Shown: positions 11,597 through 25,990, numbered from the stretch's first letter. The stretch is DNA of 64,000 nt from Chlorokybus atmophyticus (GCA_009103225.1 RHPI01000003.1:1-64000); one strand, 5' to 3'. Notes: a model not told the origin generated them from the sequence alone. Numbers and translations are program-made.

Positions 11597-13070
11597 ATGG
11601 TGGCCGCATGCGCATGCTTGTTGACTCTGCTTCTCTTTCCTGGGTGTCTGCCCCTGCAAGCTGGGGCGCAGTACACCTATCCCACCGCCCCTGTTTCAAC
11701 CAATATAACAGCTGCAACCAACGTAACTACCGGCCCTGAGGAATCTCACTTTGCCACGTGAGTGTCATGTGCTGTTGCTTGACTGAATGCATCAATTGCC
11801 TTGCAAATAACGTTGAGCACTTGCATGCTCAACGCTGCGCGCATGCTTAGGACACTTGTTTGCCTGAGAGGTGGGTTGTTTGATGACAGAGGTGTGATAG
11901 TGGTGGACGTCGACGGCTTCTCTGCGAGTGGTTTTTTATCGCGCTGGTACGACAACAACACCAACACAAGCAGGTGAAGTGCGTGTGCAACTGAGCGCTT
12001 GCCTGTCGCATGTTAGCTGCATGCATGCATGCAGACGCTCAACAGGTGCTCCCTACCAGATTGGATGTTGTGGCCATCAACAACGTTGCAGACGTGTCCA
12101 CGTTCGTACAACCCTCTGCAAACGGAACCCTCACGGAATTCATCTTCACTCCAAACGTCTCAGCCTCGTAAGACAGCTACATTTGTTGCAAGCGTCATGT
12201 ATAACAGATGCACAACCGGAACAATGATGATGATGACGATCTACATGCTGCAATCACATTATGACATGCTGGTATGGGTAGCTTACTTGCAGGTTGGTTG
12301 TAGGGGAGTTGGAACGTGCAGCGTGACCACGTCACTGGGAACTTACACAAAACTGGGCATTGACAACAACTTTGGCGTGATTGAAGGACTCCAAACGTTC
12401 CCAGTGCGTGCTTTGAGCAAGCGCCCGCAATTCAACAAGAAGCTGGTTGCATGCTTTGAGCACACAGTGCTTGCTTCTGTGACCAGGTGTCTTCTACATG
12501 CATCACGAACCTGGATGGCTTGAACGACGACAGTTACTACGACACCTTTCCTTTCAGCATCGATGCGTCCTTCATTAACTCCTTCAACGTCAGGTTTGTG
12601 TTGTGTGCCCCCTGGTGCAGCAGATTAACATGCCTGTTCACATATTGCACTCAGGCATCTGGCCTGCGCAGCAACTGTTTTGATGATGGAAGCACCACCT
12701 TCCGCATTGGCGCAACACTGTTCTGCATTGATGCCACCACCTTTGCTCAGCCGTTCGCAGTGGAGCAGATCACCACATTCACTGAAGTAAGCCTGTGCTG
12801 GAAGCTGCACAAAGAGCTGTGCAGCATGCAATAACCTTAGGTCTCACTGAAGTTGAAGATGCAGTGACACGTGCATGCTGTGGCTTGCAGGTCAACACCA
12901 CGGACTGGTCGACAGTCAGTGTCACCACGAGCATCATATGGCTGACGGTGGTGACGGACGTCGCAAACAACACGAACTTCCAGGGCGCGTTGTCTCTGCC
13001 GGCCAACTGTGCTTTGCTGCCCACAGCTGCGCTTCCTGCTAACTGCTCGAGCATTGCAACTGTCACTTAA
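11597..13070 (+). CDS. Secreted Cys-containing protein, paralog B (possibly ependymin-related)
   Basis: Signal peptide MVAACACLLTLLLFPGCLPLQAGA (exon 11597-11757), spliced in phase to 11890; ends LSLPANCALLPTAALPANCSSIATVT*. Confidence 0.7.
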
Positions 13071-13316
13071 CAAAAGAGTTGCGACCCAAACTGCCGCAGC
13101 TTACGCAACAATGCGGCACGCTGTGTGCGGTACATGCACCCCGCACTTTCCACGCTGAGCAACCAACTTGGCAGACCGACCCAAAAGTAAGAAGGCACCT
13201 TTCCAGTGTTTGGGATACTTTGTTGTACATAGCAGGCGTGTTAATACGGGTTGTGACAGTGCTTGGTTATCTGCGCGACTGTTGAGTTCGGTATGACAAT
13301 GCAGCAAACTCTATGC

Positions 13317-16300
13317 TTACAGTTCAGGGTCCACTAGTAGCACCCCATCTGACTGCACGCTTCCATTGCTGTTGTCTCCAGCGCTTTGATTTCCAATGTT
13401 GCCCTTCCTGCCATGTGCAGTAACAACAATGAGACTGTTGTCACAGAAGCAGTTCAAGGCCCATTGCAAATTCATGGCACATGGTCTCAACGCACCGTGC
13501 ATCGTCTTGGCTGTCAAAGTCAAACATGGGGCTCATGAACGCCTTCTTGAGCTTCTTGCGGGCGCTGAATAGCTCAACTTCGCGAGCATTGCCCTGGAAT
13601 GACAACTTAGCAGCATCACCTTGATGAGCACAACAATGACGCAGCTTGCAGCAGTGAGTAGGTTACTCAACCAGAGACTGATCAGGGTTGACATGCATCA
13701 GCGCTTGCCTGTTTTAACTGTGGCACCAGCTGCAGCGGCTTGAAGCCTGCTTTCTTTGGCTTGAAGTGCACCGGTGCCAACTGCAACTGTTGTGGCTGTG
13801 AATACAACAATTGGTGGGTTACCGATACCGATGTCAAAACAACTACAAGCCTGCAAGTGCAGCTGGCATGCTTGCAATTCATAAGCATATGCCATTGACA
13901 CAGCCCGTCAGCTGAAGCCGCGCATTTGGCACCTCGGATGCAGGGAGCAGGGCATCGGACAAGTCATCCATCCAGCTCTTGCCACTGGTTGCCTCTTGTT
14001 GGTCATGGTCATATTTGGCAGGACTGCTGCGCATTTTCTCCTTACCTTCCTGCAGAGGTTGGAAACCACACAGAAACATTCAACTATCAAACTGGCTGAT
14101 GCTTGCAACACAGCTGGTTGGCTTGGTAAAATCAGTGCCATTTCCAGGCAGCACCGAGCGTTGATTGCTTCTTGAGAACCTGCAGTGCACGTACCTGCAA
14201 ACGAGCAACTTCCTGCACGCGTGCTTGCAACTCCGTTGTTAGGCGTGTTAGCTCTTCCTCCCGGCAACGCAATGCAGCATTCACCTGCGGCACATTGCCG
14301 GGCGTTATTGATTGGGCGGAGGTTGCGCAATCATGTTGCTGGCAGCTGCCTTCAAAGCTATCAATTAGCGTCAGTTTGCACATAGCATTGGCGCATCAAC
14401 CTCCGCAAGCTGGTGCTGGCAGACTTCTGCCGCTTCCAAGGCTGAGTGTTTGGCTTGTGATGCATCCGTTGCAGTCTGAAGCTGCTGGTGTTGCCGCTGC
14501 AAGTGTGCCAAGACCTGGTTCTTGTCCAACAGCGCTGCTTGAGCCAACGCCAACTCCTCATCAAGTGCCTGATGTTTGGCTTGCCATTCTTGGACCGCAG
14601 CTTCGTGTTGTGCCTGTTTTTGCGACACCTGTGATGCACCAATGGGCATGCTTGCATCCTGATCTTCTCCTCCTGACCAAAACTGCAGCATGCAAACACA
14701 GAATACCTGGCTATCTTCAGCTGCGGCAAGCTGTTGTACCTTTGCATTGGCTTGATCTAAAGCATGCTGTCTCAGCGCCAGGGTGTTGCGCATGTCCTGC
14801 AACTGATTAAGCAGATGTCAGTATAGTAACTTGAACATGAAAGCCATGCTGCACAGCTGTAATAAGATAAGCGAAGAAGCACAGGGCACAGCTTCACTGA
14901 TACTCAAAGACAGAAGCACGTACCTGGCGAGTGAGAGTTGAGATTTTCTCGTACTGTTCAGAGCAGGTGTTTTCCAATGCCTGTTGCTGGTGGTGGCGTT
15001 GCTCTGACTTTCGCAACGCCTCTGCAGTTTCTTCTTGCAGGCATTTCTGTCTCACCAACTGCTCCTCACAGGCACAGAGTTGGCGTTTGAGGTCTTGTTG
15101 CCGGTTGGCAGCTGTGCGCGCGTCACTCTTCTGCTGTTCAACCTGTAACAACAGGGTTGAATAGGTGCATGGTGTCAGTATCATGCGACAGGCGAGGCAG
15201 GGGTGACCACGCAATGCAAATTGTTGCATACTACATCTTGGCACTGTGGTAATGCAATGCGACGGCGGTTTTATTGCAGCCAAACGCACCAGGTCTTCCA
15301 GTTCGGTGAGACGGCATTGCAGCGCAATCAGACGTTCACCCTTGTCGCAGCTTTCCCGGCGCAGGGCAAACACCTCATCCTGTTTGCCGGCTATCTCGCT
15401 CTCAAGCTTCTCAACTTGGTGGCTGAGCTGCTCGATCTCGACATTCATCTCGGCAACCTTCTCACGCGACTGCATGACAACTGCTTTGTCTATTGCCAGC
15501 TGGCGAGAGATGCTTTCTCGAGACTTCTCGCAGGCTCTCAAGGCGTCCTTGGCGTTCTGCAGCTCTGTTCTGACCGCCTGAGTCTCTTCCGCTCTGGTTT
15601 GCAAATCTTGTTCATGTTGCTGCACTTGCTCATGTAACCGAGAGTTCGTGAAGTCCCGCGCTTTCCTCAGCTCAGAGCACACATCGTCATATTTGCTTTG
15701 CAATGTGGCGAAGGTTTCTGCTTCGGTGGATATTGCGGCCTTCAGCTCCTCATTCTCAATCTCGTACGTCTTCACTTCATCTTCAAGACACCGCAGTCGG
15801 CTGATGTGCGCCTGGGCTGCAGCCTGAGCATTGCCGAGTTCCTGCTTGGCATGGTTCAGCTGCGTTGTCAACTGGGACACAATTTGCTTCTGCTCTTCAT
15901 CGGCTGAGCGCAGCTGGGCTTCCAGTTGCCTTGTGTGTGCCTCAGCATCCGTGTACCGCTCCCTGTGCTGGACATTGATGGCACGGACAGAGCGGACAAC
16001 CGTGCGCATGGACGAAGCCATCAGCTGCCAGATGTCACTTGCGCATGTTGCGAAGTCCTGCTGAAGCTGGCAGAGGTCTTTGGACAGCGTGCTGAGGTGC
16101 TGGTATTGGTACGGCAGAGTATGCCTGAAGACCTCCACAGCGTGCGTGCACTTGTCAAGCCTCCAATTCCGGGACTCTTCGTCGATCTGGCGGGACACCA
16201 GCTGCTTTGTCAGTTTATCCAGCTGCATGTGCTGCCGTCCGCACGCAGTCTGTAGCTCAGAATTTCGTTTTTGCGCCTGGCTGAGATGGAGCTTCAAAGC

Positions 16301-18300
16301 ATCGATGACTGCCTCCCTGCTGCTCAGCTCCATCTGCAGTGACGACACTCGCTGCTGTAGTTGAGCTGTTTCATGCACTTGGTTACCCAGCAAATCCTGC
16401 AGCTTCTGCTCCGCTTGCTCTTCCAGTTGTCGTGCCTACAAGACATGCTCCACGATTGGTCTGCTCACGTTACAGCTTCAACATTCATCACAAACTGCTG
16501 TATGCAATGCACTGTACTGTAGCCTGCAAGCCTGTACTGTAGGCAAATACTTGTACATTAACATTTTGAAGCGCACTCAACTCAGCGAATATACCTGGTT
16601 CCGGAGCTGATAGTACTGCTGTTGCACCATCAAAGGTGTTTGCCACTTGGGAGCAACCAGTTCAGAATGCGCAGTGTCTTCCTCAAACCCATGTGCTGCT
16701 GCCACTGCTTGCTCTGGCAGGGAAACCTGCAGTGGTGGTGCCTACATGGACAACAGGTAAGCGCATCTGTCAAGAACAGTGGCTGCATCATCATGCTACT
16801 AGCATAGTATGATAGTGGTCACAAGTTGGATGGTCACCTAAAAAGCTCTCTACACGTGCTTAGTCTTGTCTAGCTGTAGTCAGAAAGGACTCTTACCAAG
16901 TCTTGCATGTTGTGGACAGCATGATGGACTTGTGCTTGCTGAAATCGTGCACGCCGCTCGGCTGCTTGCTGCCGCTTGACCACTGTTACCAGGCTATCGG
17001 ACAGCGTTGTAAAAGTTGAAGCAGCCTGCAACCATGCATTAAAGCACTTTGTCATTTCAACAGCTGACTTGCGTCTAATCACTGTGCACAATTTTTCTGT
17101 GTGTGTGCTTCGCCGTTACCCATCCTGCATTGCCCTGCACAAGCGCGTACCTCTGATAAACCAACCAGGACCTCCTGGCGCAAGCTCTTGAAGGTGCACT
17201 TCGCTGCGGCCACGCTATCCACCAGCTCTGCTGACACGGCCTGCGACAAGCAGTCCTAGTCCCCATGCATGCGCTTAAAGCCACTACATAGTACAGTGCA
17301 CTCCACGTTGCAAGGGGTTACTTACAACTGGTTTGTACTAATGCTAAACTGCTAAACATAGCTTACCATGGTGAGCCTGCGCTTCAGGGGCATGCTTTGT
17401 CTTCAGACTGCTCGCAATATAGGTAAGGGCATGCACTGCAGCAATGTCTGTTCAGCACAACAGCGCACCTGTCATTGTGAAGTAGTTCTGCAACCGCAGC
17501 ATTGGCAACACCCACACACTCGTGTTCTGCGACGAGAGCGCTGACAGTGTACTGTCAAACAGCATGAGAAACTGCAATGACCAGGGTGTGCTGGAGCTTT
17601 CCCGAGCTGCAAGCAGCATATGTGCGTGTGTTTGCAGCTCCAGTAACAGTCTACACGACTCCTTGTGCATTGAAGCCATAAATCGACGCCAAGAGCAGCT
17701 CTCAGTGTACAGCATGCACAAGTGCACCTCCGAAGCTACGTGGATGGGTCAGCATTCGTCTGGACAGGGAAGGCAGCACGCCATAGTGACCAGTGCCCGG
17801 ACGGTGCATGCTTGCTTTCACCCAGACCAACTTCACCTATGCACACATGCATGCATGCGTGCATGTCACTTACCACATGCCAGCCTGCTGAACAGACAAC
17901 ACTGGCATCCGCTAGAGTGCAACCAGCACACCGCCGCCCTGCTCGCCGCCAGCTCCTGTTCGTTCGTGCGTATGCGCACTCAGCTTGTACTTATAGCCTT
18001 GCCAACGGCAGCTCTCCGGTCCTTTCGCCTTTTCCAGCAACCCCAGCGGAAGGGCGGAAGAACAAGTATAACCACCTTTCACCGTGTTTTGCCATGCAAC
18101 TTCTGAGGTTTTTCGGCAAGTTGCCGACGCACAGCGTTTACCCGTGAAACTTGGCAACAGCGGTTTCCCACTTTCCTGTTTTACGTTGCTGTTGCAGCTT
18201 GCAAGCTCAGTTCAGGGCGGCGGTAAGGTTGGGCAGCTGTTTGCAGCAGCAAACAGCATATGTTGCCGATGATGGCGAGAAGCAGGAGGAGGGCTGGGAG
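13317..18300 (-). CDS. Large multi-exon coiled-coil protein of unknown function; 5' end uncertain
   Basis: 499-aa heptad-rich ORF at 14894-16393 plus flanking Q/E/L-rich exons with GT-AG borders. Confidence 0.55.
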
Positions 18301-18833
18301 AAGGAGCATGGTCGTGCTAGGCGTTTGCTTGCAGGTTGCGGCCAGCCTGTTGCTGCTGTTGTTGCTGTTGTCGTTGGGGTGGTGGTGGCGGTTGTTGTTT
18401 GAGCACGCGGAGGAGGGGTGCAGTGGCGGCGACGCTCTTACCCGGCGAAGGCAGTGAAAGCAAGGCGGGCAGCCGCAGCGTGGAGAAGCATGCATGCACA
18501 CGTGTGTTGAGGTTGAAGCGAGCAACAGAATCAGCAAGCCAGCTAAAGCCAGCTGCTGCTTCCTGATTGCATGCCCTGCATGAGGTAGCAGCTGTCCTGT
18601 GAGAGCTCATCAACGCAGTTATCAGCACACATAGAGCATGCGAAGAGTATGCAAGTCCTCTCAGTTACACAAACGAGATTGTTTATGTTTGGTCCGCGGG
18701 TAGTTATTATCCACAAGTATTCTAAGCGTGTACTAGCAGACTGAACGCAGTGCTTATCCCTAAAGAGACTAAAGCATAGCGGTGTTTAGCAGCAACTGCT
18801 GCTGTATTGCATGTTGTGCTTATGCTTACTATA

Positions 18834-21086
18834 TTACAGGCTTGGCGCCTTGGTACACTTCTTGCACGCTTTCATGCACTGGCCCTCGCTGAAGTCGTCA
18901 CCAATCATGTAGCCGGGGTTCTTCTCGCACTCGCCGGTTGCGGCCCATGCCTGGCATTGGTCACTGAGGTCCTCGCAAGGCCCGTCCTTCGCCCTGGCCC
19001 TCCTGCCGCCCCCAAACCCAAACGGCCCAACGTGCATCCACTTGGTCGCCGACCACTTGTCGCCTATGATGACCGGACATCCGGCATGCAAGCTGTCGTG
19101 GTCCTCCTTGCCCTCAAGCGTCATGCTCCAGAAGAGCAGCGCATCGCCCTTCTTTGGTTTGGCTGGTGTGTGCAAGGTACGAGTCAGTTACCAACTAGAA
19201 GTAGTCAAGTCAAGCGAGCAAGACAGCAGCGTGTGATGAAGGAGCATGCAATGACCATACTTGCAACATGTCAAGATGACAACAATGTTGATTTTCATTG
19301 CACTGCTGTCGATGATACTGACAATGAGTGGTTAAGAAAACGGAGCACGCAAGACGACTGGAGAAGTACACCGGTCATCAAAACAACTATGGCACACAAA
19401 CAGCAAGTCTACCTGCAACGCCTCTGCTTGCGCAAGGCGACCAGTGTTTGGACGCCTCCTCGGCACTCTGTGGCACAAGATTGTTACCAACATCACCGCA
19501 GACAGGAAACCAGAACTGGAGCACAACATGCTGTGCAACCACCTTGGTGGATGTTGGGAAGGTCGTCTCGCCGCCCTCTTCGACATCGGTGAGGTACATG
19601 AGGACTGTGGCAATGCGCTGGCCGCCATTACGCGTGTTGAACTTGTCGTTGAACCAGTCAAAATGCGCATCGTACTTCTGGCCGATCTCATAGTGCAGCA
19701 CCTGCAGACCTTCTCCATGCTCTACATCAACACCACAGGCAAAATCAGTTTTCATGCCAATGTCTTTGTGGTTCTTGCAGGACATGCACGCGCATGCACA
19801 CGGGCACGGCCACAGGCATGGGCAAGCAGGCACACACACAGGCACTACCTGCCGGGATCATTGTCCAGTCAGCAATCTTCTTCTCAATGCGCGTGACCAT
19901 CTCATCCTGCCGGACGAGCTTAAGTCAGGCAGGTATTGTCTTGCAGTACGAACGTGCACAAGTGCGTGTTGTCCCTACTGACTAACCTGCCCTCTGCTCA
20001 GGAACATCCCTGAACTTGTGCGGATGTCGCTTGGAACACTTTTGCCTGTTGAGCTGTCCACAACCATTGATTTCTGCAACTGTGGCTTCGCCTGTGTATG
20101 AACGCAATGCCAGGTAACTTCACAGCATACCATAAGCATCATCTGCTTGTGGCTGTGTAAGCTGTACTCGTTCTAGGTTGTGGAACGTTGCTTAGAGCAA
20201 TCGCGCAACACTACCAGTCTTCATCTCTTTCTCAGCAAAAATCATCATCAACTGCTGCTTACCAGGTTGACAAGATGGTCACATTCTTCATCGGTCAAAA
20301 AGTTGTGGTACACGAAGGCCCTATGCACATGCAGTCTGTCAATGAGTTGTATACGTATCACATTGAGTCCATGCGTATGTACATGTCTGCACGCCTAAGA
20401 CCCTCTGTGAATGCGCATGCCTGTGTTGGACATGAAGGCGCATGCTTGATCAAATACAAAGCATAAAGACAAACAAAAGATGCATTGGTTCATTCAGCGA
20501 CCAGGATAACATGAGCTTTACAGCGTGATGAGAGTGCCAATGCAACCGTCTTGATAGATTTATGCGTGGATGCAAGGTGATGGCCCTGTAGGAGTATCAG
20601 TTCCAACCCTTGCAACAAGAAAGGCACCTTGGTTTCCACGACAACACTTCAACATTGGGCCTCTGGTACCCTTCATTCATACCCTGTAGTCGAGGACTCT
20701 TATGCCTGCCAGTTACGACAGAGTCAATCAGATAAATGAATGCATCAGCCCAGCAACCAACAGAGACCGGCTTTCAAGAAAACAAGAAAAAGCCTGGTGA
20801 GATTCAACAACAAAATCAAGAACAATGTGATGTAAACGCTGCTCCGCAGAAGTGCCCAGCACTATACTGATGCTGGTAGCAGTACTTTTATCAGCTTGTT
20901 GCAAGTATGTACACGACATTTTGTGAAGACGATGGCGTACGTTTCTCCAAGCCATCCAATCAGGCGGTCGTCTTCCGACGCGAGGGGGTTGGCCGACGCC
21001 ACGCCAGCGAAGCACAGCAGCAGCGCGAAGAAGATTGCTACCGTCAACGAGGGCATGGAGGCATCCAGAGACGCCTGCAGCGACAT
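18834..21086 (-). CDS. P4H: Prolyl 4-hydroxylase with C-terminal ShKT domain
   Basis: GEGLQVLHYEIGQKYDAHFDWF, RIATVLMYLTDVEEGGETTFP, PKKGDALLFWS...SLHAGCPVIIGDKWSATKWMH; CEDLSDQCQAWAATGECEKNP; signal/anchor peptide. Confidence 0.95.
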
Positions 21087-21602
21087 TGCAGCCACGGCCG
21101 CCGCCGCCGCCGCCGCGGGCTTCCTCAGCCCAGCACCACGTGTCACACAGCAACTTGTGTACACTCAACTAACGTCGATGATGCGCGCGTTATGTCGATG
21201 CTGTTGACATGCTGTCGACATGACTGTTGCTACTGCAGGCGACTTGGTAGCGTACTGGAACGCCTGTAACTTTGCCTGCACGAAACCCTCCTTTAGCAGT
21301 TGATCCGCGGCGAACGCAGCCGAAGAGATTTTTGAATATCGGTTTGCATTATTATTTTGTGTAAAATTTGAGCGCGCCCTTCTCTGAGCACCTGGTCGGC
21401 CTGGTCTGGTAGGCGCGGCGGTGGAGCTTGGAGACCGGCCTGGCCTGGTAGGGTGGGAGTGCAGAGGCTTAGTGTGCATTGCGCTTGAGCTGCTTAGCCA
21501 CTGGCGACATCCCCACCGCCGCCGCCGCCGCACTCATCTCCAACTGTCTTGTCAGCAGGCTTCACCTTTCAAGCCACCCTCTTCTTGCCACCCGGCTCAG
21601 CC

Positions 21603-23479
21603 ATGGTGAGTGCATGGCTAATTACATACATACTGTCAGAGTGGCTTGCGTGGTATGCGTTTGTCCTGCACTGCTTGATAAGCAGTGTGTTTTTGCTAAG
21701 AGAGCAGCAGCATGCAATGCACCTGCATGGCATGCGAAATGCAGCCCATTCTGTCTGTCTGTCTCAACATGCGTCACTCCACACACGGATATGCTCTCAT
21801 TTTTGCGCTGCTGTTACGATGTGCTAAACCTTTCTTTGTCAGGCACAATGCGCAACTGGCACAAACATATCGCCCGTAAGACACGCCCAATCATGGACAG
21901 GTGAGCCTCATGCCTTCCTTTGCTACCACACTCACTGTCATAGCTTCAAGAGTGCATTGTTGTTGGCAGTGATGTTAGTACCAATATGGTTCACACGCAG
22001 TGACTTGCAGATGGGACACTGAGAAGGAGACGAGCACCGTTATTGCATAGAAGGCCGCAGCCCATCGCAGCGACAGCGTCGTCTGCATCCTCTTCCTTCG
22101 CATTCGCAGCGACCCGCAGAGATGCAAGGCAAGATGGCAAGAAAAAGCGGCCAACTGACCCCGCAGACATGAACTTCTTCCAGAAGTGCGCAGCCGTGTA
22201 TGACATCTTCTTCCCCAAGGTGGGCGAGGCACGCGCGTACTTGCATGTTGAGTCATGGTAGCACAAGTAACTGAGTCGTGAGATGTGTCACATCACGTCG
22301 CTTACGCACGCATTCGTGCATTTGCACCATCACTGACTCAGTCGTCTGGCTCACTTATTCCCTCCCTTCATCATTCGCGCATGCACACAACTCTCATGCA
22401 CTCGCTCTCTGTGAGACTCTCCTGATCGTGACACGCTGACTCCCTTACTGACTCACACAATGCTCTATTCGCGTACACATCCATCCGCTGTGTAACCGCT
22501 GTTTGACAATTCTTCAGTTGGTTCGCGCGCGTTAGCTGTTGCGGATGCAAGGGCAAGCAAGCATGTAATTGAGCGTGTGCACTTGTGCACTTAAACGTGG
22601 TTGCCTTGCAGGACAATGTGCATGGGGACTATAATGACGAGTACACCACGCCGCGATCAGTTGGGCGCGATCGTTTGACTATGACTCTCACATGCGACCG
22701 CTTCGGTCTTTCTGAGCAAGACGTGCTTGAGCTTGGTGAAAAGGTGCGAAAGAGCAAGCATGATTGCTTGCCATCATTCGCGTCATATTGCGTATGCTTC
22801 GCTATGCAAACCACTAACCATTCCTCTTATTTGTTGCTGATAGGTTCGCAAAGCTGTTGAGCGGTTTGTCGAGCTAGCTGAAGGTGATGCTGCCGAGCTT
22901 GTGCCCGCGGAGGTGAGCGTGTTGTTGGTATGCTTGTTGGCATGCTGGTTGGTTTGCCTGGCAATGTCACATGCAGTACCTTTCTGTCGCAGGTCAAGTT
23001 GTCAACGCTATTGCGGAACAAGGTGTACACAGCAAAGTTCAGAGTGCGACGCGTCAAGCCTGATATTGACAGGTGTGCGCGCGCGCATATGTGCATGCAT
23101 GCGTGCGTTCATGCACATGTGTGTATGTGTAAGCCCTGTTCCTTTGTGTTGATAGGCTGTGTTGATAGGCTGAACTGCATGTGGTCATATTGTATCTGGC
23201 AGGTTGCAGATGGAGGCGGATGCAGCAGCGGCAGAGTCAAACCCCTTTCAGTCGTCCTGGGGCGAGGTCATGCCCGTGACTGGTCTGGAAGAGAGGTCCC
23301 GGGACTTTCCTCTGCTGGACTCTAGGTTCGAACGCTTGGAGTCTGCTCGGCGGGCCAATCGTGCCTTCCAGCAGGTGAACAGTGTGACTCCCTCAAACTG
23401 CTTCTTTAATTTTAACGTGGGCTTAGTATTCACTGACACTTTAATGGTTGCATTGCAGGTTGATGAGCAGTATGAGTAA
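21603..23479 (+). CDS. MinE: Plastid division topological specificity factor MinE
   Basis: MNFFQKCAAVYDIFFPK, GRDRLTMTLTCDRFGLSEQ, VRKAVERFVEL, FRVRRVKPD; transit-peptide-like N-terminus. Confidence 0.88.
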
Positions 23480-23899
23480 CGAGTGCGAGTGAGTGAGAGA
23501 CCCCAGGAATAAAGAGTACTGTACAGCAGCAGCGCAGGAGAGCAGGTTAGCAACTCCACAGTATCAATCGATGAGAGTCAAGGCGGGACCAAGCAAACAT
23601 TATATCGATACATACTGTGCCAAATTGGCTTTCCAGTAGTTTTGGCATGCGGTCAGCTATCGCATGCAAGGACTCTAGCGGCTTCCATCAAGCTTTGTAG
23701 CGGATCGGAGATATTTAGGGCAGGAAACGAGCTCTGTTCAGCAGCAGTTTGGTTGTGCATATGCTTCAATTGAACTCTCCAGTATCTGCAACAGCGAAAA
23801 AATGGAAGTACGCAATATTGAGCCTTCCATGAAGCTATGCTCCGCAGCAATTATTGGGATCGCTTTGCTGGCCAGGATGTTAACAATAACAGTTTCAGC

Positions 23900-25990
23900 A
23901 CATGTGGTTGCATGCTCAGCCTGTTACTATGCCTGCCCGTTTCATGACAATGACATATGTTGACACTCGCAAGTACAACATAACGGTTGTACTTACGAGC
24001 TCCTCTGCGAACACACTGCTTGTATGTACGGACACTTGCATGGGCAGTCGCATATCACATTTACTGTACACCCAAGAGCCAACCGCCAACCGCCTTTGGT
24101 GTTGGGGAAGCCAGCTACGAATGGAGAAGTTACTGCGCTTCATAAATTATACTTCGTCCGCGCATATCGCTTGCGTCCGACGCGTGTGCAGGCTGCTTAC
24201 TGCAGTACTGGCGGCACTCAGCATCGCAATTGTTGATAATTACAGTCAAGTACTTTGCTGCCATAAAGTAAGTGCCCAAATGTGACCATCCTCGGCGCAC
24301 TCTTCCAGGGCTGCACGTCGTTTGCGTCTATCGTCCTGCAGCAACCTTGTTGGAGAATGTGTTCTGTTGTGGTTGGTGACTGCATATGATATGTGAAGCG
24401 CTGTGCGGCATGTGTCATAGATGGGTGCGTGACAATGGATTATGCTGTGCCCATGATGGTGCATTACATGGGAGAGTGCACATGACAGGAAAGAGAACCA
24501 CTACTGTAGATATAAGCAGTAACTGTGCAGAGACGCAGAAAAAGACGATTCTCCCTCTCCACCCGCCCAACCAACCAGCACTCAGAAGGAGTGTGGCACG
24601 CCACTGGCCCCATGCGCGACGTGAACAGTGAAAACCACACTAATGGCAATTTTCCTCAATCATTGATGGTGAGAAACTTTTCAAGCAAGGCTTCGCTTGA
24701 CTCCCAAAACCCACATGAACCACACAGTTGTCTGCCAGTCCAACAGCTGCCTGCGTCTTCCTTATTCCTGCCAGCCTGTGCTATTCCTGCCGGCCTTCAT
24801 TGTCGTTTGACATTGCACAAAAGCTTCATTAGGCATAAACTACAAGTGGGTGTACCAGACTACAAACTTTTGTCACGCAACTACATCTACAAATGAACCT
24901 GAACCCAACTGCCGCCGTTGTTCTTTGACCTGCCGACCAACAACCACATTTGTAAGAATGCATTTCCACACATGCTGGCTCAAACGACAAGCATATGAAA
25001 GTGGTGTGTTGGCACCCAGTGGATCAATGCAAGCTGTGACAACCAGCACGGCAACAAGCGAATTATGCTGCTACTTACTCGTCGCCAACACGAGTGGAAA
25101 GTATGTACATAGCTGCTGCCGTCACCATGACAAGCGAGTTTTAAGCTTCACACGCCGCGCCACGAAAACCATATGGGACAGGCGCGGCCACCACCTGTAT
25201 AAGACAATACAGCATAAAGCATGTAACTTATCATTTGTTGCAAGGTTATGTAACGGCTTCAATCGCATCAACACCAACTGCTTAGTGGTGACATACAGTA
25301 GCGACGACATGACACGAGTGCAACCCGCTCGCATGTTAATGCCAAACGTTGAAGAGGTGATAGCAGTGCACAACAGCAGAACCATTTCCTCGTCCCTTCC
25401 AAGGCAGTGTGAGTGCACTATCAAGTCAACCAGCGCAAGACGTACGATGCTGCGCTCTCTCTCTCGTTTTCCTTGTACACATGTTGCGACATGCATGCAC
25501 ACTTATTGTGCTCACAACAACTACTGACTGTAAACAACCGAGCCTTCTTGCGCATTCGCAGTACACATGGCCAGCAACGCAACACACATGCCCGTAGTCA
25601 CATCTTCAACAGCACACAAGCAGCAGTCGCACAGGCTCCACCTGTCCTCGCAGTCGCAGAGCGGGTGTAGCGTCCCGTCAGGCTTCTTCCTCGGCCGGTG
25701 TATGAAGAAGCACACCAGCGTCAGCAGCAGCGACAGACCCGCGGAGGGAGCTGCACCGCCGACAAGCCGAGCGTCCAACGGCACACGCATGGCTGTGGCT
25801 GGATGGGTGGGGGAGTGGGTGGCTGCTCACAGCGCCGCCGTTGCTGGGCGCATTGCTGATGGACCTGTCCTCCTGTCGGATTCTAGGTAAGCAGCACAAG
25901 GCCTGCCGCGGCGGCGACAGCCACAGCCACAGGCACAGGCAAAGGTACAGGTACAGCGACAACAGCGGCGGAGACTGCTTTGGGGCATAC
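23900..25990 (-). CDS. Probable spliced gene, product unidentified; exon chain not resolved
   Basis: Exon-like minus-strand segments (LLTLVCFFIHRPRKKPDGTLHPLCDCEDR, LLQDDRRKRRAALEECAED) with splice-like borders. Confidence 0.3.
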
